Shown here one piece after another: positions 52,896 through 62,230 of a stretch of 64,000 nucleotides of DNA. The position numbers and the translations under genes are program-made. The notes below the pieces were generated by a model, which saw only the letters and a list, made by a program, of their open reading frames with translations, was not told the origin of the DNA and did no database searches. Origin of the DNA: Clostridia bacterium (GTDB lineage Bacteria > Bacillota > Clostridia > Christensenellales > Aristaeellaceae); assembly GCA_017470095.1 (NCBI GenBank), contig JAFUFC010000179.1, forward strand, positions 3,333-67,332, written 5' to 3'. Position 1 is the first letter of the stretch. Each line of letters begins with the position of its first letter.

Positions 52896-54761
52896 TTACT
52901 TCACGTATTCCGCAGCGGACTGACCGGCAATGCGGCCATAGACCACGAAATCGCACACAGCGGTGCCGCCCAGACGGTTGGCGCCGTGCACACCACCGGT
53001 AACTTCACCAGCGGCGAACAGGCCGGGGATGACATTGCCTTCGGTGCTGATCACGTGGGTATCGGTATCGATCTTCACGCCGCCCATGGTATGATGGATG
53101 CCGGCGGTGACCTTGATGGCATAGTAGGGCGCGGTGTTCAGGGGCTGAGCAAAGCTGACGCGGCCGAAATCCGGGTCATTCTTGGCTTCCACATAGCCGT
53201 TCCAAGCATTCATGGTGGCGGCAAAGGTGTCGGCGGGAATGCCGATGGCGGCAGCCAGTTCTTCGTAGGTATTGCCTTCGAAGGTGTAGCCCTTGTTCTG
53301 GTAGCCCTTGATCACGTTGGAGGCTTCCAGCATGGCGTTATCGATGATCAGCCAGGAGAAGGATTGGGGCTGGGCGATTTCAGCGGCGGAAACCACGTCC
53401 CGGGTGCCCACTTCGTCGATGAAGCGTTCGCCGTTGACGTTCACCAGGATCGCGCCGTCGCCCCGCAGGCCTTCGGTGATCAGGTTGGAGGAATCATACT
53501 GCACGGTGGGATGAATCTGAATCTGATCCATATCCACGGTAGCGGCGCCCACTTCCTGAGCCATCAGGATGCCCTGGCCCTGGATGCCAGGAGCATTGGT
53601 GGTCATGAAGCCCTTCAGTTCAGGCTTATAGGATGCAACCATGTCCAGATTGGCGCCGAAGCCGCCGCTGGCCAGCACAACAGCCTTGGCGTTAATAGTA
53701 ACGGTTTCGCCGTCCTTACCGGTGGTCACGATGCCTGCGGCAGCGCCATCCTTCATGGTGATGGCCGTGGCAGTGGTGTTGAACAGCAGCGTCACATTCT
53801 CCCGGGAATCCACCGCTTCCTTCAGCAGGGGAACCACATAAGCGCCCACGGACAGAGCTTTGCCGTTTTCATCCACGGGACGATGGATGCGCTTGACGGA
53901 AGCGCCGCCAGCCGCGCCCACATTGTTCAGATGGATGTTCTGGGTATCCAACCAGGCAATGGCGTCGGCGGAAGATTCGCACATCTTCTTTACCAGTTCA
54001 ATGTTGTTCACGCCATAGCCGCCGATCATGGTATCCAGTTCCATGAGTTCCGCGGTATCAAAGTAGCCTTCAGGATTGGCCTGGTAGGCTTCCCACTGAC
54101 CCTTGACAGTTTCAGCCAGGGCAGTGATGTCCGCATTGTCCGCATACTTGGAAGCGGCGGAAGCCAGCATCTTTTCCACACCGGCGCTCTCGCCGAAGGT
54201 GTTGTCATCCTGGTAAGGGGTATCGGCAGCGTTCATGCCGCCGGTAGCCTTAACGGAGTTGCCGCCCACCATAGCCTGGCTCTCCACGATGACCACCTTG
54301 TTGCCCGCGTCCGCGGCGGTGATGGCCGCGATCATGCCGGCGCCGCCAGCGCCAACCACCACGACGTCCGCATCCAGCGTCACATCTTCGGCAGTAGCCT
54401 TGTCGGCCTTGGCCATATAATCATCGGGGTTCACACCGGCATCGGTGAGGGCGGCCCGGGCCGCTTCCAGGATGCCGTTGGAGGAGAAGGTGGCGCCGGA
54501 CATGACGTCCACATTGACGGTGTTGCCATTCACCATTTCAGCGCCGAAGTTTTCCACAGCCACAGAGCCGATGCCCTGGGTTTCCGCATCGCCCACGATG
54601 ACCACGTCGGAAATCACGCCGTCATTGAGCGTGACAGTCACGGTGATATCGCCGCCAAAGCCCTTGGCGGTGCCGGTGCCGGTGACGGTATCCGCCATGG
54701 CAGGCACGACGAACAGCAGCATGGCCAGCACGGTCAGCAGTGCGAAGAGACGGTTCTTCAT
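52896..54761 (-). CDS. Extracytoplasmic flavoprotein reductase paralog: signal peptide + FMN-binding domain + FAD-dependent fumarate/urocanate-reductase-like domain
   Basis: MKNRLFALLTVLAMLLFVVPAMA, DVMSGATFSS, VVVVGAGGAGMIAA, HHTMGGVKID and AAGEVTGGVHGANRLGGTA. AAGGAGGG lies 7 nt upstream of ATG 54761. Confidence 0.85.
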   Translation of the reverse strand: MKNRLFALLTVLAMLLFVVPAMADTVTGTGTAKGFGGDITVTVTLNDGVISDVVIVGDAETQGIGSVAVENFGAEMVNGNTVNVDVMSGATFSSNGILEAARAALTDAGVNPDDYMAKADKATAEDVTLDADVVVVGAGGAGMIAAITAADAGNKVVIVESQAMVGGNSVKATGGMNAADTPYQDDNTFGESAGVEKMLASAASKYADNADITALAETVKGQWEAYQANPEGYFDTAELMELDTMIGGYGVNNIELVKKMCESSADAIAWLDTQNIHLNNVGAAGGASVKRIHRPVDENGKALSVGAYVVPLLKEAVDSRENVTLLFNTTATAITMKDGAAAGIVTTGKDGETVTINAKAVVLASGGFGANLDMVASYKPELKGFMTTNAPGIQGQGILMAQEVGAATVDMDQIQIHPTVQYDSSNLITEGLRGDGAILVNVNGERFIDEVGTRDVVSAAEIAQPQSFSWLIIDNAMLEASNVIKGYQNKGYTFEGNTYEELAAAIGIPADTFAATMNAWNGYVEAKNDPDFGRVSFAQPLNTAPYYAIKVTAGIHHTMGGVKIDTDTHVISTEGNVIPGLFAAGEVTGGVHGANRLGGTAVCDFVVYGRIAGQSAAEYVK

Positions 54762-54817
54762 TGAGAAACCCTCCTTAAAATGTATTGACAGCCCGGTGTC
54801 CCCAGGCATTGTCACGC

Positions 54818-56215
54818 TTAAGCGTTCCTCTCTTTTCTGAGAGAAAAGGCGCGGGAAAAGAAGAACAGCGACAAGACCGTGGCGATGCACCAGCCCACAG
54901 GCCAGGCGCACCAAATGCCGGTAGCCCCCAACGCCGTATGGGATAATACGATGGCCAGTACCACTCGCAGCATGAGGTCAGTAAAGGTGGCGATCATGAA
55001 TTGGTTCATCATGCCCGCGCCCCGCAGCACCCCATCAGCCACCAGCTTTAGCGACAGCACAAAATAGAACGGCGACAGGATGCGCAGGAATGTCAACCCC
55101 GTCTGCACGGCCGTGGACGTAGGCTGATCCATGAACAGGCGCAGAAAAATTTCACCAAAGAAGAAATAGGCGCAGCTCAGCGGCAGGCACAGCAGCCACA
55201 CCATTTTCCATCCGGCCCGGAAGCCGACGCTCACCCGCTGGGTTTTCCCCGCGCCCAGGTTCTGGGCGGTGTAATTGGAAATGCCGTTGCCCAACGTGGT
55301 AAAGGAAGTAACCACCAGGTTGTTCAGCTTCACCGCCGCCGAATACCCGGCAATCACGCCTGCGCCAAAGGTGTTGATCACGCCCTGGATTACCAGATTG
55401 CCCACGGAGATGAAGCTCTGCTGCAGGGTGCTGGGCAGGGCGATAACCAGAATGCTTTTTAGCAGCGGAAAGGAAAACAGCCGGGGTTTTTCTTCCGTTT
55501 TCAGCCTGGCCAGCCGCTTCATCACCACTGTCACCGCCAGCGCGCAGCTGACGCCCTGGCAGATGAACGTGGCCCAGGCCACGCCCTCGATCCGCATGCC
55601 CAGCGCGGTAACGAACAGAATATCCAGAGCAATATTGGCCGTGGACGACGCAGCCAGGAAGATAAACGGCGTCTTGGAATCGCCCAAAGCGGAAAAGATG
55701 CCGGTGGCCACATTGTAAAAGAACATAAAGGGCAAGCCCCACAGGTAAATGTCCAGATACAGGGCCGAATCGGCCAGAATTTCCTCCGGTGTGCGCATCA
55801 TGCGCAGCAGGGAACGGCTGAGCATCAGGCCCAGCAGCATCAGCACCGCGCACAGCGCGCCAGTAAAAAGCATGGCAGTGGAAACGGCGGTTTTCACTTT
55901 GTTATGCTTCCTCGCCCCAAACAGCCGGGATACCACCACCGAGCAGCCCATATTGCATCCAAAGGCAAAGGCAATGAAAATGAGAGTCACTTCATAGCTG
56001 TTGCCCACAGCGGCCAGGGCGCTTTCCCCAATGAATTTGCCGGCCACCAGGCTGTCGGCAATGTTGTATAGCTGCTGGAAGATAATGCTGCCAAAAAGCG
56101 GCAGGCAGAATCTCCACAGCACACCGGCGGGATTCCCCACCGTCAAATCCTTATTCACAAAAATCTGCTTCCTTTTATAAGTTGAGATCGCTTCCGCTAC
56201 CTCCTGGTGCTTCAT
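54818..56215 (-). CDS. MATE-family efflux transporter
   Basis: Twelve-TM profile, with LWRFCLPLFGSIIFQQLYNIADSLVAGKFIGESALAAVG as the typical MatE N-terminal motif. Confidence 0.85.
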   Translation of the reverse strand: MKHQEVAEAISTYKRKQIFVNKDLTVGNPAGVLWRFCLPLFGSIIFQQLYNIADSLVAGKFIGESALAAVGNSYEVTLIFIAFAFGCNMGCSVVVSRLFGARKHNKVKTAVSTAMLFTGALCAVLMLLGLMLSRSLLRMMRTPEEILADSALYLDIYLWGLPFMFFYNVATGIFSALGDSKTPFIFLAASSTANIALDILFVTALGMRIEGVAWATFICQGVSCALAVTVVMKRLARLKTEEKPRLFSFPLLKSILVIALPSTLQQSFISVGNLVIQGVINTFGAGVIAGYSAAVKLNNLVVTSFTTLGNGISNYTAQNLGAGKTQRVSVGFRAGWKMVWLLCLPLSCAYFFFGEIFLRLFMDQPTSTAVQTGLTFLRILSPFYFVLSLKLVADGVLRGAGMMNQFMIATFTDLMLRVVLAIVLSHTALGATGIWCAWPVGWCIATVLSLFFFSRAFSLRKERNA

Positions 56216-56228
56216 GCGCACCGTTGAT

Positions 56229-56257
56229 ATTATACAGATTGGGAAGAAAAATGTAAA
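56229..56257 (-). promoter_or_regulatory. Near-consensus sigma-A promoter of the MATE-flavoprotein unit
   Basis: Reading the minus strand: TTTACA (56257-56252), 17-nt spacer, TATAAT (56234-56229). Confidence 0.65.
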
Positions 56258-56416
56258 TGACTTTTTCTATATATTCCTGTTCCATTATTGATATATTTCC
56301 CTAAATACTGGAAAAGCAAAAAAGCTCCGCAGCCCCATCCGGCGATGCAAAACTCGCAGCGCGAGCTTTGCTTACATCCCAGGATGGAGCACGGAGCTGT
56401 TCGGTAAGCCGATGTA

Positions 56417-57409
56417 TCAGTAGGTGCCGTTGACAAATTCCTTCAGGATGGCCAGCGCGCTGTCCATATCCCGCATATCGATCACTTCGCAGGCAGAATG
56501 GACATAGCGGCAAGGAATCGACAACGTACCCGCGGGAATGCCGCCCCGGGCATGCTGGATGGCCGCGCCGTCGGTACCGCCAAAGGGCAGCACTTCCCGC
56601 TGATAGGGCACGCCGGCTTTCTCTGCCGCGGCAATCAGCGCGTCCCGCACGCAGGGCGTAGCGATCATGGAACGATCCATAAACTTGATGGCCGCGCCTT
56701 CGCCCAGCTTCACGGCAGGCAGCTTCACTTCAGGCGTATCGCCCCAGGCGGTCACATCTATGCCCACGCCCCAGTCGGGGTCCACCTGATAGGCAGCGGT
56801 GGTAGCGCCTCGCAACCCCACTTCCTCCTGGGTGGAAAACACGGCCACAATGGTGTTCCGGGGCCGATCGGCGCTGAGCAGCAATTCCACCAGCAGCGCG
56901 CAGGCGCAACGGTCATCCATGGCAGGAGAGGCCACCCGGTGCTGGCCCAGGGGGAAGCAGTCGGGCGCGTACACGCAGGCGTCGCCCAGCTTCACCATGG
57001 TCAGGGCCTCTTCCTTGCTGGACGCGCCGATGTCCGCAAACATGTGCTGCATGGCGGCGGTTTCACCTTTGGTGGGCTGGCGCATCACCACGCCGTGCAC
57101 CCCGTTGCCAAAGACCACGTGGTGCCCCACGGTCATATCAATACCAACACCCCCGGCAGGCGTGAGGCGCAAATAGCCCGTTTCTTCAATATCTGCCACC
57201 ACCAGGGCAATATGGTCCATGTGGGCGGAGAACATCAGCTTCTTGCCGCCTTCTTCTCCCTTTTTTTCCACAATCAGGTTGCCCATCACGTCGGTGCGCA
57301 TGGAATCCACCTGGCCCTCCAGCAGCTTTTTCACTGTTTCGGCCACGGCGCATTCATTGCCCGTGGGGCCGAAGGGAGCCAGCACAGTTTTCAATGTATC
57401 CAGCATCAT
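56417..57409 (-). CDS. M42-family metallopeptidase (TET aminopeptidase/CelM-like), paralog 1
   Basis: GNLIVEKKG, MFSAHMDHIALVV, AMDDRCACALL, FSTQEEVGLRGA and GGTDGAAIQ. Confidence 0.85.
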   Translation of the reverse strand: MMLDTLKTVLAPFGPTGNECAVAETVKKLLEGQVDSMRTDVMGNLIVEKKGEEGGKKLMFSAHMDHIALVVADIEETGYLRLTPAGGVGIDMTVGHHVVFGNGVHGVVMRQPTKGETAAMQHMFADIGASSKEEALTMVKLGDACVYAPDCFPLGQHRVASPAMDDRCACALLVELLLSADRPRNTIVAVFSTQEEVGLRGATTAAYQVDPDWGVGIDVTAWGDTPEVKLPAVKLGEGAAIKFMDRSMIATPCVRDALIAAAEKAGVPYQREVLPFGGTDGAAIQHARGGIPAGTLSIPCRYVHSACEVIDMRDMDSALAILKEFVNGTY

Positions 57410-57558
57410 ATAAATTTCCTCCATTTCATTGCTGTATTCCCGTCTTTCCAATATCCGCGGACGAACGCAGGCATTCCCTGGCCCGCCGCATCCGCGAGTG
57501 GGGGCGGGAGGGGACGTTTGATTTCAAAAGCCTTCTCCCGCAAAATATTTCCACAACT

Positions 57559-58566
57559 TCAATATTGCTCCGCGAACGCTTTGGCCAGCTGATACTGGGC
57601 CTCCACATCGGATAATTTCACCACGGAGCTGGGCCCGTGAATGTAGCGGCAGGGCACGGACAAAACGCAGGTACGTTTGCCTTCCTTCCTACGCTGGTAG
57701 GCCCCGGCATCATTGCCGCCGGTGGCTCCGCGCTTAATCTGATGGGGAATGCCCTTTTTCTCTGCCAGCTCCATCATCTGCCGATACACTTCCCGGTTAG
57801 CGATGGTGGCCCGATCCATAAAGGAAACCACAATGCCAAGGCCCGGCTCGCACACCCGCTGGGCCTTGGGCACATCACCCATATCTCCGGCGGTAGTGCC
57901 TTCCAGCACGATCACCGTGTCCGCGTCGGTGGCAAATGCCGCGCCGGTGGCTCCCCGCAGGCCCACTTCCTCCTGGGTCACGAAAGCGCAGGTGATATCG
58001 GCGTCAAATTCATCTTGCAGCAGCCGCAGCATGGTATAGCAGCCCACCCGGTCATCCAGGGCCTTCGCCACCACAAATCCGTCGCCAAATTCCTGATAGG
58101 CGCTGTCAAAATACGCGTAGCATCCCCGGGGGCAATCGGCCAGGGCCTCGTCCCGGGTTTTGGCGCCGATATCGATGTACAAATTGTCAAAGCCCAGCAC
58201 CCGCTTGCGGTCCTCCGCTGTTTGCAGGTGAATAGCCAGCGCGCCGATCACGCCCTTGATTTCCTTCTCCCCCACCACCACGTACTTGCTCACAGCGACC
58301 CGGGGATCGATGCCGCCAATAGGACGGAACTGCAAAAGACCATCCTCCGTAGCGTCGATGATAATAAAACCGATTTCATCCATGTGGGCGCTGAACTGTA
58401 AATGTTTGCTGCCGTCACCCTTGCCCTTCTTGAAGGCGATCACGTTGCCCATCCGGTCGATATGCACATCATCGCACAAAGGCCGGGCCGCTTCCACAAT
58501 GGCCTTGCGCACGGCCTTTTCATGGCCCGATGCGCCATTTAATTCGCACAGCGTTTTCAGATCCAT
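57559..58566 (-). CDS. M42-family metallopeptidase, paralog 2
   Basis: GNVIAFKKG, QFSAHMDEIGFII, ALDDRVGCYTML, FVTQEEVGLRGA and GGNDAGAYQ. Confidence 0.85.
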   Translation of the reverse strand: MDLKTLCELNGASGHEKAVRKAIVEAARPLCDDVHIDRMGNVIAFKKGKGDGSKHLQFSAHMDEIGFIIIDATEDGLLQFRPIGGIDPRVAVSKYVVVGEKEIKGVIGALAIHLQTAEDRKRVLGFDNLYIDIGAKTRDEALADCPRGCYAYFDSAYQEFGDGFVVAKALDDRVGCYTMLRLLQDEFDADITCAFVTQEEVGLRGATGAAFATDADTVIVLEGTTAGDMGDVPKAQRVCEPGLGIVVSFMDRATIANREVYRQMMELAEKKGIPHQIKRGATGGNDAGAYQRRKEGKRTCVLSVPCRYIHGPSSVVKLSDVEAQYQLAKAFAEQY

Positions 58567-59603
58567 AATTCATCCTCCCAACTGCTTTGCACGCTGGCCA
58601 GATAGTGGGCCAACAGCCGGGCCCCTTCGGTGAGGGCGTGCATATCCAGCAATTCCACATTGGTGTGCATATACTTGATAGGCAGGGACAGAAGCACCGT
58701 GGGCACCCCCGCCCGGGTGGTGCTCAATTCGTCCGCGTCAGTGGAGGTGTCCCGGTGATCCACGGAAAGTTGCAATTGCACGCCGTTTTCCTTGGCCGCG
58801 TCCTCCAATTTCTGCTCCAAATAAGGATGAATGAAGGGGCCTTTGGTGGACACCAGGGAATCAATCTTGCTGGTGCTGTTCTTGGGCGCGCCAGGCGTGT
58901 CCGCATGGCATACATCAAAGGCCACGCCGTAGTCCGGCGCCAATTCAAACCCCGCCGCCAGCGCGCCGTAGGAGCCAATTTCCTCCTGGCAAGTGGCCAC
59001 GAAGTACAGGTCTGCTTCATGGGTCATATGTTGGAGACGCTTGGCCGCCTCCAGCATAATGGTCACGCACGCCCGGTCGTCCGCCGTTTTGGTGGCCACA
59101 CGGCCGTTTTTCAGTTCCACATACCGGGCTTCAAAGCACACCGTATCGCCAATGCGCACTTTTTGCTTCACTTGCTCCGCGGGCATGCCCATGTCCACAT
59201 ACAGGTTGTCAAAGGTATAGTTGTTTTTCCGCTCCGCCTCCTTGAGCAGATGAGGCGGCGTCGCGCCCACCACGCCCAGGAGCATCCCTTCCTTGGCGTA
59301 TACCCGCACCCGCATGCAGGGCAGCACCCGGGGATCCACCCCGCCAACGCGCTCCAGCCGCAGGCAGCCATCCTCCTCGATCTTGGACACCATCATGCCG
59401 ATTTCGTCCAGATGAGCGCAGATCATCACCTTGGGACCCGTCCCTTTTTTATGGGCGATGACGCAGTTGAGGGGCGTAATGCGTACCTCGTCCACATAGG
59501 GCCGGAACGCTTCGGCGATATACTCCGCCGCGGCCCGTTCATTGCCCGTCACCCCGGGAATGGCCGTCACTTCACGCAAAAAATCTTCCGGTTTCACGAT
59601 CAT
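58557..59603 (-). CDS. M42-family metallopeptidase, paralog 3
   Basis: NCVIAHKKG, ICAHLDEIGMMV, TADDRACVTIML and ATCQEEIGSYGA. AGGAGG is immediately upstream. ATG 59603 is only 1 nt from the SD sequence, so GTG 59597 is an alternative start. The track's 437-aa form reads through the tandem repeats and is rejected. Confidence 0.8.
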   Translation of the reverse strand: MIVKPEDFLREVTAIPGVTGNERAAAEYIAEAFRPYVDEVRITPLNCVIAHKKGTGPKVMICAHLDEIGMMVSKIEEDGCLRLERVGGVDPRVLPCMRVRVYAKEGMLLGVVGATPPHLLKEAERKNNYTFDNLYVDMGMPAEQVKQKVRIGDTVCFEARYVELKNGRVATKTADDRACVTIMLEAAKRLQHMTHEADLYFVATCQEEIGSYGALAAGFELAPDYGVAFDVCHADTPGAPKNSTSKIDSLVSTKGPFIHPYLEQKLEDAAKENGVQLQLSVDHRDTSTDADELSTTRAGVPTVLLSLPIKYMHTNVELLDMHALTEGARLLAHYLASVQSSWEDELWI

Positions 59604-59618
59604 ACCTCCTATGAGTTT

Positions 59619-59994
59619 GTTCGCACGTCTGCGCCTTTCAGGCGCATCCGTGCTTCTTAAGCAATCCGCTTGCCTTCCCCTTTCTCGTCCCTTCGGGCCG
59701 AGCGGGGAGTTTTTTCTCTTCGTGTACGTGTTCGCACGTCTGCGCCTTTCAGGCGCATCCGTGCTTCTTAAGCAATCCGGCTTGCCTTCCCCTTTCTCGT
59801 CCCTTCGGGCCGAGCGGGGAGTTTTTTCTCTTCGTGTACGTGTTCGCACGTCTGCGTCTTTCAGGCGCATCCGCGCTTCTTAAGCAATCCGCTTGCCTTC
59901 CCCTTTCTCGTCCCTTCGGGCCGAGCGGGGAGTTTTTTCTCTTCGTGTACGTGTTCGCACGTCTGCGCCTATAAAGGCGCATCCGCACTTCTTA
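59619..59994. repeat. Tandem array of a 111-112 nt structured unit, about 3.4 copies
   Basis: Units start at 59619, 59730, 59842 and 59953 (the last is partial, about 42 nt, and more diverged). Each unit holds the hairpin GCACG-TC-TGCGCCT-ttc-AGGCGCA-TC-CGTGC and a second hairpin CCCC..CTCG-T-CCC-ttcg-GGG-C-CGAG-C-GGGG, followed by AGTTTTTTC. Confidence 0.95.
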
Positions 59995-60028
59995 CATTCG
60001 TTATGCTCGAGCCCCTTTGCGATGTGCT

Positions 60029-61411
60029 CTATTCGCTTTGTCTGGTAATCAATTTAGCCTGGCAGCGCTTCATCCAGCCGCCTTGCAGGTAATACACAAT
60101 GAACAGGACGGATGTGACCACCCAGGTCATGGGATAGCTGAACAAAGTGCGCTCAATGGTGCGGTTCCTCGGCACAAATATGAGCAGCCACACCAAACGA
60201 AGGATGCACACGCCAAACAGCGTCAGCAGCGTGGGAATCAGGGATTCCCCGGCCCCGCGCACCGCGCCAGACAGGATCTCAATGCACACGTAAGTGGCAA
60301 AATATGGGGCGATCAGCATCAGGATGCGCATACCCTCATCAATGACCACCTGTTCATTGGTAAAGATAGAATAAAACTGCCGGCCAAACAGCATCAACAC
60401 CCCGCTGAACAGCAGCGCGGCGGCGAAGGCCATGGCCAGGCATTCCCGCACGCCCTGGCGCACCCGGTCATACTTCTGCGCGCCGAAATTCTGGCCCACG
60501 AAAGTGGTAATGGAAATACTGAAGGCATTGAGCACCATCCAGAAAAAGCCGTCCAGCCTGCCCCAGGCGCTCCAGGCGGCGGTGATATCAGTGCCAAAAG
60601 AATTGATAGACGCCTGAATGATCACATTGGAAACGGAATACATGACCGATTGCAGCCCCATGGGCAACCCGATGCGCACGATGCGGGCCAGCAAATCGCC
60701 GTGGAAGCGGATCTTTTTCAGTTCCAGATGGCAAGCCGTATGGGAGCGCACGAGCACCACAATCACCAGCACTGCGCTGACTGCCTGGCTCAAAATGGTG
60801 GCCCAGGCCGCCCCGGCCACCCCCATGTCAAACCCCACCACAAGCAGCACATCCAGCACGATGTTGGTCAGGCAGGCGACAATGAGGAAATACAAGGGCC
60901 GTTTGGAATCCCCCACCGCCCGCAAAATGCCGCTGCCCACATTATAGATCAGGGACGGCACCATGCCGATAAAGTAAATGCGGATGTAAGTGGTAGCTGG
61001 GGCCGTCACATCCTCCGGCGTGCCCAGCAAGCCCAGCATCCAAGGTGACAGCCACAGCCCCAGTCCGGTCAGCAGCAGCCCTGCGGCGATGGCCAAAGCC
61101 AAAGCCGTATGCACCGTGCGGCTAACGCTGGCGTCCTGCCGGGCGCCGTAAAACTGGGAGATGATCACCGTAGCGCCGGAAGCCAGGCCCACGAAGAACC
61201 CAACGATCAAATTGATCAAATTGCCCGTCGCGCCGCCCACGGCAGCCAGGGCTTCCTTTCCCACATACTTGCCCACAATCATGGCGTCGGCAGTATTGTA
61301 TAATTGCTGAAAAAATGTGCCCAGCAGAATGGGGAAAAAGAAAATCAACAGTTGTTTCCAGATCACGCCCTCGATGATGCCGTAGCCATCCCGGCGTTTT
61401 TTTGCTTCCAT
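60029..61411 (-). CDS. MATE-family efflux transporter (second copy)
   Basis: IWKQLLIFFFPILLGTFFQQLYNTADAMIVGKYVGKEALAAVG, with a 12-TM profile. GGAGG lies 7 nt upstream. Confidence 0.85.
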   Translation of the reverse strand: MEAKKRRDGYGIIEGVIWKQLLIFFFPILLGTFFQQLYNTADAMIVGKYVGKEALAAVGGATGNLINLIVGFFVGLASGATVIISQFYGARQDASVSRTVHTALALAIAAGLLLTGLGLWLSPWMLGLLGTPEDVTAPATTYIRIYFIGMVPSLIYNVGSGILRAVGDSKRPLYFLIVACLTNIVLDVLLVVGFDMGVAGAAWATILSQAVSAVLVIVVLVRSHTACHLELKKIRFHGDLLARIVRIGLPMGLQSVMYSVSNVIIQASINSFGTDITAAWSAWGRLDGFFWMVLNAFSISITTFVGQNFGAQKYDRVRQGVRECLAMAFAAALLFSGVLMLFGRQFYSIFTNEQVVIDEGMRILMLIAPYFATYVCIEILSGAVRGAGESLIPTLLTLFGVCILRLVWLLIFVPRNRTIERTLFSYPMTWVVTSVLFIVYYLQGGWMKRCQAKLITRQSE

Positions 61412-61423
61412 GGCTTGCCTCCG

Positions 61424-62230
61424 TCAGTACAACCGGCTCAAAACCACAACCGCGGCGATCAGCAGCGCCATGACCGCGCAGGCGATGTAATCCCGTCTTT
61501 CACATTTCAGCACCCTGAGCCTGGTGCGGCCCTCGCCGCCATGATAGCAACGGGCCTCCATGGCCATGGCCAAATCCCCCGCCCGACGGAAAGCGCTGAC
61601 GAACAGCGGCACCAGCAGCGGCACCATGGCCTTGGCACGCTGGATCAAATGGCCCGATTCAAAATCCGCGCCCCGGGCGGTTTGCGCCTTCATAATTTTA
61701 TCGGCTTCTTCCAGCAGTGTGGGGATGAACCGCAGGGCAATGGACATCATCATGGCCATTTCGTGGGCCGGGAAGTGGATCACTCGCAGAGGCGACAAGA
61801 GCCTTTCAAGCCCATCCGTCAGCACGATGGGTGCGGTGGTCAGCGTGAGCACGCTGGAAGCGAGCACCAGCAGCACCAACCGCAGGGAATAATGCACTGC
61901 CGTGATCAGCGCTTCTTTTTTGATCACCGTAAAGCCCAGGTCCAGCAACGGCGTTTCGCCCTGCAAGAAGAAAACGTTGAGCACAAATGTTAAAATCAAA
62001 ATGAACCGCAGGGGCTTTAGGCCCTTGATCAGCATGGGAAACGGCACCGTCGACAGCCGGGCGGCAGCATACAGAAACAGCACCACCGGCACGAAGGCCA
62101 ACAAATTCTGGGCCAAGAAAATGGCCACGATCAGCGCAATCAGAAGAATGATCTTCACCCGGGGGTCCAGCCGGTGCACCACGCTCTCCGCCGGATAAAA
62201 CTGGCCCAGGGTGATATTATTCAGCGCCAT
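61424..62230 (-). CDS. ecfT: Energy-coupling factor transporter transmembrane subunit
   Basis: LDPRVKIILLIALIV and the ARG motif region KAQTARGADF...FRRAGDLAMAMEARCY. The ATG overlaps the end of ecfA2. Confidence 0.85.
   Translation of the reverse strand: MALNNITLGQFYPAESVVHRLDPRVKIILLIALIVAIFLAQNLLAFVPVVLFLYAAARLSTVPFPMLIKGLKPLRFILILTFVLNVFFLQGETPLLDLGFTVIKKEALITAVHYSLRLVLLVLASSVLTLTTAPIVLTDGLERLLSPLRVIHFPAHEMAMMMSIALRFIPTLLEEADKIMKAQTARGADFESGHLIQRAKAMVPLLVPLFVSAFRRAGDLAMAMEARCYHGGEGRTRLRVLKCERRDYIACAVMALLIAAVVVLSRLY

Noticed and set aside
58557-59870. The 437-aa form of the third M42 peptidase, with an Arg/Lys-rich repetitive N-terminus.
   Set aside because: The extra ~90 aa are a translation of the 111-nt tandem repeat. 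A strong AGGAGG sits directly before the conserved M42 N-terminus (MIVKPEDFLREV...), so the true start is at 59603 or 59597.
59619-59994. Possible CRISPR array.
   Set aside because: The complete 111-112 nt unit is repeated, so there are no unique spacers. The unit length is far above CRISPR repeat size, and no cas genes are in the window.
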